The notes: generated by a model from the sequence alone, not told the origin. A stretch of DNA of 19,260 nucleotides from Ktedonobacteraceae bacterium (GCA_034436045.1 DAOTVZ010000016.1:1-19260); one strand, 5' to 3'; counted from the stretch's first letter, positions 6,587 through 15,128 are shown. A program made the numbers and translations.

Positions 6587-7573
6587 ATGCAGTCGGCGAG
6601 CAATACGGCGAACCCTGAAAAAACGGTCATTATAGTTGGTATTCGTTTTCGCCCTGCGGGCCGTATCTACTCTTTTGACCCCCAGGGACAAAGCTATAAA
6701 AATGGTCAGTATGTTATTGTTGAGACGGTACGTGGCATCGAGGCGGGTCGTGTAGTAATTAGCTATAAGAAGGTGGCGGAAAGTGAGCTGAGTGAGCCGC
6801 TCAAACCTGTGTTGCGCCTGGCAACCGAGGACGAGTTACGCATGATGCTCTCTTTCAAAAGCAAAGAGAAAGATGCGCTAATCCGTTGTGCCGAACGCAT
6901 TGCCGCCCACCAGCTTCCCATGAAGCTGGTAGAGGCTGAATATGCCTTTGATGGTAGCCGTCTGACATTTTACTTCACCGCCGATGAGCGTGTTGATTTC
7001 CGTGCCCTGGTACGTGACCTGGCGGCCACCTTCCGCACACGTATCGAGTTGCGTCAAATCGGTGCGCGCGATCAGGCCAAACTCCAGGGCGGCGTCGGTC
7101 CATGCGGGAAGGCGCTCTGCTGTAGCTCGTGGATCAGCGAATTTGGCGTTGTTTCTATTAAAATGGCGAAAGAGCAGGGGCTGCCGCTCAATCCCACCAA
7201 GATTTCAGGGGTGTGCGGGCGTCTGCTGTGTTGCCTCTCATACGAAAACGATAATTATATTCAGGCCAAGCAGCGTATGCCGCAGATCGGCACCATGCTG
7301 CACACGCCCAGCGGCTACGGCAAGGTCATCGGAATCAACGTGCCGCGCAACTCCGTTGAAGTTATGTTGGAGAGCGGCGTCACCATCCAGGTGCCGGTCG
7401 ATAGCCAGCCGGAGCGCTCATCCTGTGGGGGGGGAGCCTGCTGTAGCACAACAGGCGGTCAGGGATGTAGCTGTGGCCGTGGGGGATGCGGCGGAGCCTG
7501 CGGGAATAGTGGTTGCAACTGTGGTACCTGCAAAGCTAACAAACATTTGCGCACGCAAGAAAAAGCGGATTAG
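6587..7573 (+). CDS. ricT: PSP1 C-terminal domain protein (RicT/YaaT family) with an unusual Cys/Gly-rich C-terminal tail
   Basis: LTFYFTADERVDFRALVRDLAATFRTRIELRQIGARDQAKLQGGVGPCGKALCCSSW...GVCGRLLCCLSYE is the PSP1/RicT core. Preferred start is ATG 6587 (RBS GGGAAAGAAG); the six-frame ORF begins at 6536. The tail is SSCGGGACCSTTGGQGCSCGRGGCGGACGNSGCNCGTC. Confidence 0.85.
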   Translation: MQSASNTANPEKTVIIVGIRFRPAGRIYSFDPQGQSYKNGQYVIVETVRGIEAGRVVISYKKVAESELSEPLKPVLRLATEDELRMMLSFKSKEKDALIRCAERIAAHQLPMKLVEAEYAFDGSRLTFYFTADERVDFRALVRDLAATFRTRIELRQIGARDQAKLQGGVGPCGKALCCSSWISEFGVVSIKMAKEQGLPLNPTKISGVCGRLLCCLSYENDNYIQAKQRMPQIGTMLHTPSGYGKVIGINVPRNSVEVMLESGVTIQVPVDSQPERSSCGGGACCSTTGGQGCSCGRGGCGGACGNSGCNCGTCKANKHLRTQEKAD

Positions 7574-7703
7574 AGACTTTATTACCGCCTTTCCATCCCT
7601 TATAATAAGGGTAGGAAGCGATATGTCGTGCCTACACGCTGATGTGATCGCGCTCCAGTTATTTTGTGATTGCAGGACAACGTAGGAAAGCAGGTACAGG
7701 GCA

Positions 7704-9338
7704 ATGCCATCAGACGGACAGGAAGCCGAGACTTCGCAGCAACAACAGCAGCAGGTACCTTACGCTCAGGCCAGCGCCGGGGATCCACCGGGACAGCTTC
7801 CCTTCCCATCAGCTCAACAACAGGCATCATCACCCGCCGATGCCGACGCTTACGCACCTCCTGCGCAGGGGGTGAGCGGTACCACCGCACCAGCAGACAA
7901 CCAGGCTGAAACCGATCTCCAGGCCGCGCCGGTTCAACAAACACCGCCAGCAGCGGCCCGACCGGCCATCCAGCGCCTGTTTTCGCAATTTCTCTCATTG
8001 ATTCTCATTCCACTTGTCTTTGGCGCGGTGACGTGCATTATCATTTTGCCGCTGCTCAGCATCGGACGCGCCCATCTGCCATATGCCGCCTTCTGGCCTA
8101 TTATCCTGGTCGTGCTGGCAATTGCCATTGCGCAGGGATTGGCATTGTATTACTCAGGAGAGAATACCAGCCTATGGATGCTCAGCAATGTGGGAGCTTT
8201 TTTCCTCTTCTTGCTCGTCATCACCTTCAGCATTTTTGGCCTGCTACCAGGGATCATTCTTTTTGTCGTCCTGCTTATTACCTCTATCGTTATCATACGC
8301 CGCTACAGCGTGCCGGTACCGGAAGGCTTCGTCGCCATTGTCTTTGCTTTTGGCAAATATAGCCGCACCCTCGAGGCCGGTTTCAACCTCATCCTACCCT
8401 GGGAGAAGATTGTCCGCGAGTTAAGCATCACGGAGACGACGTGGGACTGCCCGCCACAGCGCATCCAGATGTCGCATACGGAAGATGTGGTGTTGCGCTG
8501 CACTATCTCCTATCAGCTTCTGCCGGGTGAAGCTCACCTTGCCATTACTCAGGTCAAGGATTGGGAGACCAGCCTGTACAACGTCTGTTTCACCGCTATC
8601 CAGACTATCGCTACCACCTTTTCACCGGATGACCTCATTGTCTGGCAACAGGGTCTACATTCGCGTCCGGCACCAGCCGCCGACCTGGCCGTGCCGCCAG
8701 AGAGACAGGCACGCTGGGAGAAGATCAATACCTACCTGTTTGAATATATTCAAGATCGTGTCGCGGACTGGGGCATTCAGATCAACTGGGTGCGCATTCA
8801 CGACATTGTGTTGACGCCACATGCCGCACCTGTGCTGGAAGAGGCTCTCGTCACCGAATCTAACGGCAGCACTGCCGCCATGCCTGCGGAACCGGTAGTC
8901 CAGCAGGCTAATATTCCACCGCAGTCCGCCGCTTTCGGGGCCGGGCCACAGGTCGCATCTGCGCGCTCCCCGATACAGCCCCCTCCTGTAGCGGCAAAGA
9001 CCGCCCCGCCGCGCGCCCGTGCCTTCGTTCTTCCTCCTACGGTTAAGGACGAAGACCTGGAGAAGCTCCTGGCCAGAGCCTATAAAGAGGTACGCGACGA
9101 GCGCATCACCGACCCAGAAACCATCCGCAGCATCGCCAGCACATTTGCCGCCGTCGCGCAAGACCCTGTGAAGAGCCAGTTAGTCAGCTTCGATCTTGAC
9201 CGCGCCATACGCAATCTGCTCATGCAGGCTGAACGCTGCGAACAACGCTATACCGCCACTGGCATCTACAACGACGATACGCACCCGGACTGGCCCCCTC
9301 GTCGCCCCAGTGATGAGAACCTGATGGCCGGTGGCTAA
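7704..9338 (+). CDS. SPFH/band-7 (stomatin/prohibitin/HflKC-like) domain membrane protein with Q/P-rich N-terminus, four TM helices and a Pro/Ala-rich C-terminal extension
   Basis: 544 aa. The stretch PEGFVAIVFAFGKYSRTLEAGFNLILPW ... DVVLRCTISYQL ... WGIQINWVRIHDIVL resembles the SPFH core. Four hydrophobic helices lie at about residues 95-200. Low-complexity QQQQQ and PPA tracts. Confidence 0.7.
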   Translation: MPSDGQEAETSQQQQQQVPYAQASAGDPPGQLPFPSAQQQASSPADADAYAPPAQGVSGTTAPADNQAETDLQAAPVQQTPPAAARPAIQRLFSQFLSLILIPLVFGAVTCIIILPLLSIGRAHLPYAAFWPIILVVLAIAIAQGLALYYSGENTSLWMLSNVGAFFLFLLVITFSIFGLLPGIILFVVLLITSIVIIRRYSVPVPEGFVAIVFAFGKYSRTLEAGFNLILPWEKIVRELSITETTWDCPPQRIQMSHTEDVVLRCTISYQLLPGEAHLAITQVKDWETSLYNVCFTAIQTIATTFSPDDLIVWQQGLHSRPAPAADLAVPPERQARWEKINTYLFEYIQDRVADWGIQINWVRIHDIVLTPHAAPVLEEALVTESNGSTAAMPAEPVVQQANIPPQSAAFGAGPQVASARSPIQPPPVAAKTAPPRARAFVLPPTVKDEDLEKLLARAYKEVRDERITDPETIRSIASTFAAVAQDPVKSQLVSFDLDRAIRNLLMQAERCEQRYTATGIYNDDTHPDWPPRRPSDENLMAGG

Positions 9339-9352
9339 CAAAACAAAAGAAG

Positions 9353-9392
9353 AAACACTAACGGCGCTTGTTCATGTGCGCCGTTAGTGTTT
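9353..9392. terminator. Perfect 15-bp stem hairpin between convergent genes (AAACACTAACGGCGC-loop10-GCGCCGTTAGTGTTT); bidirectional intrinsic terminator
   Basis: Seen directly. On the minus strand the stem is followed by a T-rich tract (TTCTTCTTTTGTTTTGTT). On the plus strand the tail is weaker (TTTGCG). Confidence 0.6.
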
Positions 9393-9422
9393 GCGTGGAT
9401 GAACCACCATATCTAGCTGTTT

Positions 9423-9965
9423 TCAGGCATTGGAAATCGATTTCGCTTGCTTCTGCTGGATATTCGCCGTCACCAGTTCGGCAACATCTTTCTCCATTGA
9501 ACGAAGGGCTGCCACCTGTTCATTCGTCAAGACGGTATCGCTCTTGGGATCGAAGACCACATCATCGCGCTTGCAATAGTACAGGCTGCGCCAGACCTCC
9601 ATCGCCGCGTCCCACGCTGGCATGCGCTCATTGAGAAGAGCATCACCCTTCACCACCTGTTGGAAGGCATAATACGACAGCGCCAGCGCAGTGACAATGC
9701 TGATCAGCGTCAGAGCCACAATGATCGCAATACCAACCGTTCCAATATTGCTTTCAGAGCCAATCAGCACAAGAACCAGAAGGATACAAATACCGACAAA
9801 AATAGCGCTACCCAGAATATACGGCATCATGGAAACAGTCCTGGTGGGCATATCCGGTGGGGCGCAACGAGCTATACCAGAGTCATAGGCTGCCTGCATC
9901 GTCATCACCTGATCCGATTGATGACATACCGGGCAACTCGGTTTCTGGCTTTCAACAGACGACAT
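9423..9965 (-). CDS. Hypothetical membrane protein with N-terminal Cys-rich zinc-ribbon-like motif (CPVCH...C), two TM helices and a C-terminal cytoplasmic domain
   Basis: 180 aa. Strong RBS AAGGAGGAG 6 nt upstream of ATG on the minus strand. No recognisable enzymatic domain. Confidence 0.55.
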   Translation of the reverse strand: MSSVESQKPSCPVCHQSDQVMTMQAAYDSGIARCAPPDMPTRTVSMMPYILGSAIFVGICILLVLVLIGSESNIGTVGIAIIVALTLISIVTALALSYYAFQQVVKGDALLNERMPAWDAAMEVWRSLYYCKRDDVVFDPKSDTVLTNEQVAALRSMEKDVAELVTANIQQKQAKSISNA

Positions 9966-10130
9966 GAAAAACTCCTCCTTGACAACTCATACGACTCATT
10001 AATGTACCTTATAAACAGGCTCATAAGACAGGAAGCGGTGATGCTAGTTCCAATCCTAGCATAACACGTCATTGAATTTTCGACAATGCCATGCATACCG
10101 CGCGGCCACTACCCGCCTCCATTTGACGCC

Positions 10131-10512
10131 GTAGGGGCGTCATTCATGACGCCCTGTGTCCATCGACACACCCCGTCCCCATCGATAGGCCTGCCCCTAT
10201 CGACGGAGCAAGGGCATCATTCATAACACCGGGTCTCCATCCTTTAGGGAAATCTTGGTGTAGGGGCGTCATTCATGACGCCCTGTGTCCATCGACGCAC
10301 CCCGTCCCCATCGATAGGCCTGCCCCTATCGACGCAGCAAGGGCGTCATTCATAACACCGGGTCTCCATCCTTTAGGGAATTTTTGGTGTAGGGGCGTCA
10401 TTCATAACACCGGGTCTCCATCCTTTAGGGAATTTTTGGTGTAGGGGCGTCATTCATGACGCCCTGGTCGCCCGTCGATGCGCTCACAGGGCGTCATGAA
10501 TGACGCCCCTAC
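10131..10512. repeat. Second array of the same hairpin-repeat family: two full 129-bp tandem units, a truncated 52-bp unit, and a terminal 72-bp element with perfect 26-bp terminal inverted repeats
   Basis: Units start at 10131, 10260 and 10389 (the latter an internally deleted copy). At 10441-10512, GTAGGGGCGTCATTCATGACGCCCTG - 20 nt - CAGGGCGTCATGAATGACGCCCCTAC forms an exact inverted pair. The 20-nt core is the reverse complement of the array-1 linker. The lead-in motif CCTTTAGGGAA..GGT is shared with array 1. Confidence 0.85.
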
Positions 10513-10514
10513 AT

Positions 10515-10543
10515 TTGACATGCCGAGCATGACTCGCTACACT
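10515..10543 (+). promoter_or_regulatory. Sigma70-like promoter TTGACA-N17-TACACT abutting the repeat element, upstream of the YabN/MazG gene
   Basis: TTGACA 10515-10520, TACACT 10538-10543. RBS GAGAGGA lies 9 nt upstream of ATG 10581. Confidence 0.5.
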
Positions 10544-10580
10544 ACTACAAAGATTATAGCAGCAGAGAGGACTTTTTTTC

Positions 10581-12203
10581 ATGACCAGTACAGCGGCCAT
10601 TACCATTCTCGGCCTCGGCCCCGGTCACATCGACGATCTGACCTTGCAAGCACAGACAGTGTTAGCCCAGGCTGCCGAGATGGGCCAGAGCGTTTACTTC
10701 CGTACCACTGTCCATCCGACCGTTCCACCCCTGCGGCAACGTCTGCCACAATTACAGATCATCTCCTTCGACTGGCTCTACGAAGAGTCAACCGATTGGA
10801 ACAGCTTGTATCAGCGCATCGCCGACGAACTCTGCGCCATCGCCGCTCAGCAGCCCATTATCTACGCCGTACCCGGCCATCCTCTAATCGGCGAATCATC
10901 TGTACAACTTCTACTCAAACAGGCTCGTGAGCGTCATCTACAAACACGCATTGTGGCCGGTCTGTCGTTTCTCGAACCGGTATGCACCCTGCTTGGCCTC
11001 GACCCCCTGGCTCAAGGCACGCAGATTGTCGATGCTACCGACCTGGCGGCGCTGGACAGCAGCGAGGTCGCGGGCAAAATTATTCCTACCATCCCCTTGC
11101 TCGTCGGGCAGGTCTACAACCGCCGCGTAGCCAGCGCGGTGAAGCTGGCCCTCGGCGAATGCTATCCCGACGAATGGCCCGTCAAGCTGGTGCGCGCTGC
11201 CAGCGTACACGGCCTCGACCTGCCCCGACCAACTCCACCGCTAGCCGTTGAGCCGAATGAGAGAGAAGATGAGCAGAGTCAGCAAGCGCTGGCGGAACAG
11301 TTTGAAACTGCACAGGAAGAGGCTGTGATCGAAATGCCCCTCTATGAGTTAGACCGCAACCACTTCGCCAACCATCTCAGCACGCTCTACGTGCCGCCGG
11401 TCGATGCCCTGACAGCCCTGCGCGTACCGGAGACGCTGCGCTACATCACCATGCGCCTACGCCGCGAACCAGATGGCTGTCCCTGGGATCGCGCTCAGAC
11501 GCATCAGACACTGACGCGCTATGTGCTGGAAGAGAGCTACGAGGTGGTTGAGGCCATTGAAGAAGGTGACATGGATCACCTGGCCGAAGAACTGGGCGAC
11601 CTGCTGCTCCAGGTCTACCTGCATGCCGAGGTGGCCCGCCAGGCCGGAGAATTTACGCTCGGCGACGTTTTTGAGCATGTCAACGCCAAGTTGATTCGCC
11701 GCCACCCACACGTCTTTGGCGATGCCGAGGTCAACAGCGCCGCCCAGGTAGTGCGCAACTGGGAAGCCATCAAACAGCAGGAGAAACTGCAAGCCGGTAA
11801 GCCACTCAAGCAGGAAAGCCTGCTGGACGGTGTACCACTGGCTTCGCCCGCGCTGACCGTCACACGCGAATATCATAAGGTCGCCACAAAAGTCGGTTTC
11901 TATTACAAAAAAATTGAAGACCTGTATAAGAAAGTGCAGGAAGAATTGCAAGAGGTTCACGATGCCACTTCAGAAGAGCATCGCTTTGAGGAAATCGGCG
12001 ACCTGCTGCTCGTTACCGTCGAACTGGCCCACCACTATGGCATTGATGCTGAAGCTGCGCTCCGCCAGGCCAACCGCAAATTCCGCCGCCGTTTCATGCA
12101 CATGGAGCAGCAAGCCCAGGCCATGGGCCGCTCAATAGACTCGTTCACTGACGAGGAATGGGACAAATTGTGGAATAAAGCTAAAGAAGCAACAAATAAG
12201 TAA
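10581..12203 (+). CDS. YabN-like bifunctional protein: N-terminal tetrapyrrole (corrin/porphyrin) methylase-fold domain fused to tandem MazG nucleoside-triphosphate pyrophosphohydrolase domains
   Basis: 540 aa. ITILGLGPGHIDDLT...AVPGHPLIGESS gives the methylase-like fold. Two MazG EExxE/D blocks are present (EESYEVVEAIEEGD...ELGDLLLQV and EEHRFEEIGDLLLVTVELA). Confidence 0.88.
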   Translation: MTSTAAITILGLGPGHIDDLTLQAQTVLAQAAEMGQSVYFRTTVHPTVPPLRQRLPQLQIISFDWLYEESTDWNSLYQRIADELCAIAAQQPIIYAVPGHPLIGESSVQLLLKQARERHLQTRIVAGLSFLEPVCTLLGLDPLAQGTQIVDATDLAALDSSEVAGKIIPTIPLLVGQVYNRRVASAVKLALGECYPDEWPVKLVRAASVHGLDLPRPTPPLAVEPNEREDEQSQQALAEQFETAQEEAVIEMPLYELDRNHFANHLSTLYVPPVDALTALRVPETLRYITMRLRREPDGCPWDRAQTHQTLTRYVLEESYEVVEAIEEGDMDHLAEELGDLLLQVYLHAEVARQAGEFTLGDVFEHVNAKLIRRHPHVFGDAEVNSAAQVVRNWEAIKQQEKLQAGKPLKQESLLDGVPLASPALTVTREYHKVATKVGFYYKKIEDLYKKVQEELQEVHDATSEEHRFEEIGDLLLVTVELAHHYGIDAEAALRQANRKFRRRFMHMEQQAQAMGRSIDSFTDEEWDKLWNKAKEATNK

Positions 12204-12212
12204 TAGCATGAT

Positions 12213-12254
12213 AATACTGCTTTTTAATTTTAACAGTATTGTCATACTATGACA
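12213..12254. terminator. Two AT-rich hairpins (AATACTG-loop-CAGTATT and palindrome TGTCATACTATGACA) between the convergent YabN/MazG and ribE genes; candidate bidirectional terminators
   Basis: Inverted repeats seen directly. Surrounded by T/A runs. Confidence 0.4.
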
Positions 12255-12265
12255 GAATCATCAAT

Positions 12266-12844
12266 TTAATTGTGTTTGATCATCTGCGCGACATATTTGC
12301 CCAGGATATCGCTTTCGATGTTAAGCAACATGCCTGGATGAGCCAGGCCCAGGTTGGTATGTTCGCGGGTATAGGGGATGAGTGCGATAGAGAACCAGTC
12401 CGGCATACACTCGATGGTAGTCAGGCTAACGCCATTGAGAGCCACAAAGCCTTTGGGTACCACGTAGGGACGCAGCGCGACAGGCAACGCCACACGCACA
12501 GCGAGCGCAATGCCATCCTCCTCGACCGCCAGAATTGGCGTCGCGGCCTCAACATGGCCCTGCACAAAATGTCCTCCAATGCGTCCGTTGGCTGCCAGTG
12601 AGCGCTCTAGATTGACCGGCGAGCCACTCTTTAGCTCGCCGAGGCGCGTGCGACGCAGCGTCTCAGGCATGGTATCAACGCGAAACCAGTCCTTGCCCAG
12701 CGCAGTGACCGTCAAGCAGGTACCATCGACCGCGATACTATCCTTCACGGCGAGGTCTTGCAACACTGTACTTGCCTGAATCACCAGCCCCGTCGGCTCT
12801 ATCGCCTTGAGCGTGCCAACCTCTTCGACAATCCCTGTAAACAT
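12266..12844 (-). CDS. ribE: Riboflavin synthase (alpha subunit)
   Basis: 192 aa. MFTGIVEEVGT N-terminus and internal duplication typical of riboflavin synthase. RBS GAGGGGAG upstream. Confidence 0.9.
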   Translation of the reverse strand: MFTGIVEEVGTLKAIEPTGLVIQASTVLQDLAVKDSIAVDGTCLTVTALGKDWFRVDTMPETLRRTRLGELKSGSPVNLERSLAANGRIGGHFVQGHVEAATPILAVEEDGIALAVRVALPVALRPYVVPKGFVALNGVSLTTIECMPDWFSIALIPYTREHTNLGLAHPGMLLNIESDILGKYVAQMIKHN

Positions 12845-12849
12845 GACTA

Positions 12850-13332
12850 TTACTCCCCTCTATGGACGCTGCTCAATCGTTGTGGCAGCAAGGCCATCTC
12901 AATAGCAGCTTGAGCGCATTCGCGTCCACGCACGACGCGCGCCTCCGCCTGCTGCTGTGTCTCGGCGCAGACTACGCCAAAGATAATCGGCACGCCCGTG
13001 TCCAGCGCGACCCGCTGGATGCTCTGTCCGGCGGCATCCGCTACCACAACATCATGGCGCGTCTCACCTTTCATAACGCAACCAAAGCAAATCGCAGCAT
13101 GACACGACACATGCTGCAACAGCACCTTCGCACCAAAAGCCAGTTCATAAGACCCCGGCACCATCAGCACGTGGATAGCATCTTGTGCCACACCCTGCGT
13201 CAGTAGTTCATCAGTTGCTAGCCGCAGCATCGCCCCCGTGATATGCCAGTTATAGCGCGCTACCACAATGCCGATAGTCAGTCCGGCACCATCCAACCGT
13301 GTGACCGGCTCAAGTTCGTAATTTTGTAACAT
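12850..13332 (-). CDS. ribH: 6,7-dimethyl-8-ribityllumazine synthase
   Basis: Lumazine synthase motifs (GIVVARYN, VPGSYELAF, GCVMKGETRHDVV). The six-frame ORF begins at 13353 with TTG. ATG at 13332 (MLQNYEL...) with RBS GAGTGAGAG is preferred. Confidence 0.88.
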   Translation of the reverse strand: MLQNYELEPVTRLDGAGLTIGIVVARYNWHITGAMLRLATDELLTQGVAQDAIHVLMVPGSYELAFGAKVLLQHVSCHAAICFGCVMKGETRHDVVVADAAGQSIQRVALDTGVPIIFGVVCAETQQQAEARVVRGRECAQAAIEMALLPQRLSSVHRGE

Positions 13333-13356
13333 AAGCACTCTCACTCTGTTCAAATC

Positions 13357-14610
13357 TTATTGGGCAGGTTCTATCAGCACAGCTATCTCGGACATATCCA
13401 GCCAGTGGCCCATGCGCTCCTGCTTGGTTGCCAGGTAGCGACTGCTGCTGGCGGTGGGCACGATTTGCAAGGGAACACGCTCGACAGCAATACCACCCTG
13501 CGTTACTGCCAACACTTTATCAGGATTATTGGTAAGCAGGCGCGCATGAGTGACCCCCAGGTCGCGCAGGATGGCAATGGCGGCGTGATAGTTGCGCGCA
13601 TCGACCGGATAGCCCAGCCGTTCGTTGGCCTCTATTGTATCCAGGCCGCGCTCTTGCAACATATACGCCTGGAGTTTACCCGTCAGACCGATGCCGCGCC
13701 CCTCCTGCGGTAAATAGAGTAAGGCACCGCGCCCCTCCTGCGCGATCATATCTAAGGCGCGCTGCATCTGGGCCTGGCAGTCGCAGCGCTGTGAGCCGAA
13801 TACGTCGCCAGTCATGCAGGCGGAATGCAGGCGAATCAGCGGGGGTGTGCCATCGGGTATCGCCAGATTGCCGAGCGCCATGACGTGAATATCCTGCCAG
13901 GTCGCCAGTTCACGATAGTGCAGCAGGCGAAAGACGGCTCTGGCAGTGGGTAGATGCGTCTCAGCCACGATTTTCACCTTATGTTCACGGCGATAGCGCG
14001 CGATGTCATCCACCGTCACAACCGGCAATTGCCACTCCTGGAGCAAAGCCTGCAATTTCGCCCCTCGTGCCGCTTCGCCATCACGGTCTAAAATCTCGCA
14101 GATAGCCGCGCCCGGCTCCAGGCCGGCCAGCAGCATAAGGTCAACCGAAGCTTCAGTATGCCCGCGCCGTTCGAGCGTGCCACCTGGACGCGCACGCAGA
14201 GGGAAGACATGTCCCGGTTGCACCAGTTCGTCGGGGCGCGTCGTCGGGTCAATCAAGGCACGAATGGTACGGGCGCGGTCAGCAGCAGAAATACCCGAAC
14301 TGGTGCCGTAGCGCGCATCGACCGAAGCGGTAAAGGCCGTCCCCTGTAACGGTTCGCCCATGCGCTCGGCTAAGGGCAAACGCAAGGCATCAACGCGCTG
14401 ACCAGAAAGCGCGACGCAGACTAGCCCGCAGGCCTCATGTACCATAAAGTTCACCGCTGCTGATGTAATGTGCTGTGCAGCAATGCACAGATCGGCCTCG
14501 TGTTCGCGCTCCTCGTCGTCGCAAATCACCACCATCTGTCCCTTGCGCACCTGCTGTATGGCATCAATGACACGCTGCTCGCTCTCACGCGCGGACTGAC
14601 TTACCTGCAT
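13357..14610 (-). CDS. ribBA: Bifunctional 3,4-dihydroxy-2-butanone-4-phosphate synthase / GTP cyclohydrolase II
   Basis: 417 aa. N-terminal DHBP synthase half (VVICDDEEREHEADL) and C-terminal GTP cyclohydrolase II half (CxxxxxCxC zinc motif SQRCDCQAQ, LLTNNPDK). RBS GGAAGGGAG upstream. Confidence 0.92.
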   Translation of the reverse strand: MQVSQSARESEQRVIDAIQQVRKGQMVVICDDEEREHEADLCIAAQHITSAAVNFMVHEACGLVCVALSGQRVDALRLPLAERMGEPLQGTAFTASVDARYGTSSGISAADRARTIRALIDPTTRPDELVQPGHVFPLRARPGGTLERRGHTEASVDLMLLAGLEPGAAICEILDRDGEAARGAKLQALLQEWQLPVVTVDDIARYRREHKVKIVAETHLPTARAVFRLLHYRELATWQDIHVMALGNLAIPDGTPPLIRLHSACMTGDVFGSQRCDCQAQMQRALDMIAQEGRGALLYLPQEGRGIGLTGKLQAYMLQERGLDTIEANERLGYPVDARNYHAAIAILRDLGVTHARLLTNNPDKVLAVTQGGIAVERVPLQIVPTASSSRYLATKQERMGHWLDMSEIAVLIEPAQ

Positions 14611-14991
14611 TCCTGGTAGCTCCCTTCCATGAATTTACTCAACCTGGCCCGGTCGTCAGGAGTAGTACATACAGATGACCGCTCATTAGTTTGTAATTGA
14701 TAAAGCAGCGCAGGTATCTTGCCTGCGCTTACACGCAGAACGCGCACAGCCGGTTGAGAACATAAAGCGCCGCGCTGGATGCTTGTTGGCTCGTGGTGCA
14801 TAACAGTAAGATCATGCATAGAAACCCCGCCTTTGCTAAGACGTTATACCTGTATAACGTTATAAACGGTCATGCCTGCTCAAAAAACGGGGTAATGTGT
14901 ATAGGAGGAACAACATGCGGATAGTGTGAATCGCAAACCAGGTACGTAGAAGCACCTGTGCAGCACATTCACAGCGAAAACTGGCATGTCT

Positions 14992-15128
14992 GTCTTCTCC
15001 CATCCGGACTATACCGTCGGCCCTGGAACTTCCCCAGATCATGCCCCTAAAGAGGCTCGCGGGCTATACCGCCGATTGGGACTTAGAGAGCGTGCCGAAG
15101 CACCCTCTCTTCACCCTACCCCGAAGAC
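14992..15128 (-). ncRNA. FMN riboswitch (RFN element) aptamer
   Basis: The minus-strand sequence GTCTTCGGGGTAGGGTGAAGAGAGGGTGCTTCGGCACGCTCTCTAAGTCCCAATCGGCGGTATAGCCCGCGAGCC...GGGGAAGTTCCAGGGCCGACGGTATAGTCCGGATGGGAGAAGAC matches RFN blocks (UCUUCGGGGCAGGGUGAAAUUCCC, ACCGGCGGUA, AGCCCG, GCCGACAGUGAAAGUCUGGAUGGGAGAAG). A P1 helix GTCTTC/GAAGAC is present. Confidence 0.85.

Noticed and set aside
12850-13353. Longer ribH start at 13353 (six-frame 'M' is actually TTG)
   Set aside because: The first codon is TTG. The in-frame ATG at 13332 has a good RBS (GAGTGAGAG) and yields an N-terminus matching lumazine synthases (…LTIGIVVARYN), so the shorter start is preferred, though TTG is not excluded.
14860-15042. 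60-aa minus-strand ORF overlapping the FMN riboswitch
   Set aside because: It lies within the conserved riboswitch aptamer, so it is an artefact of the ORF scan.
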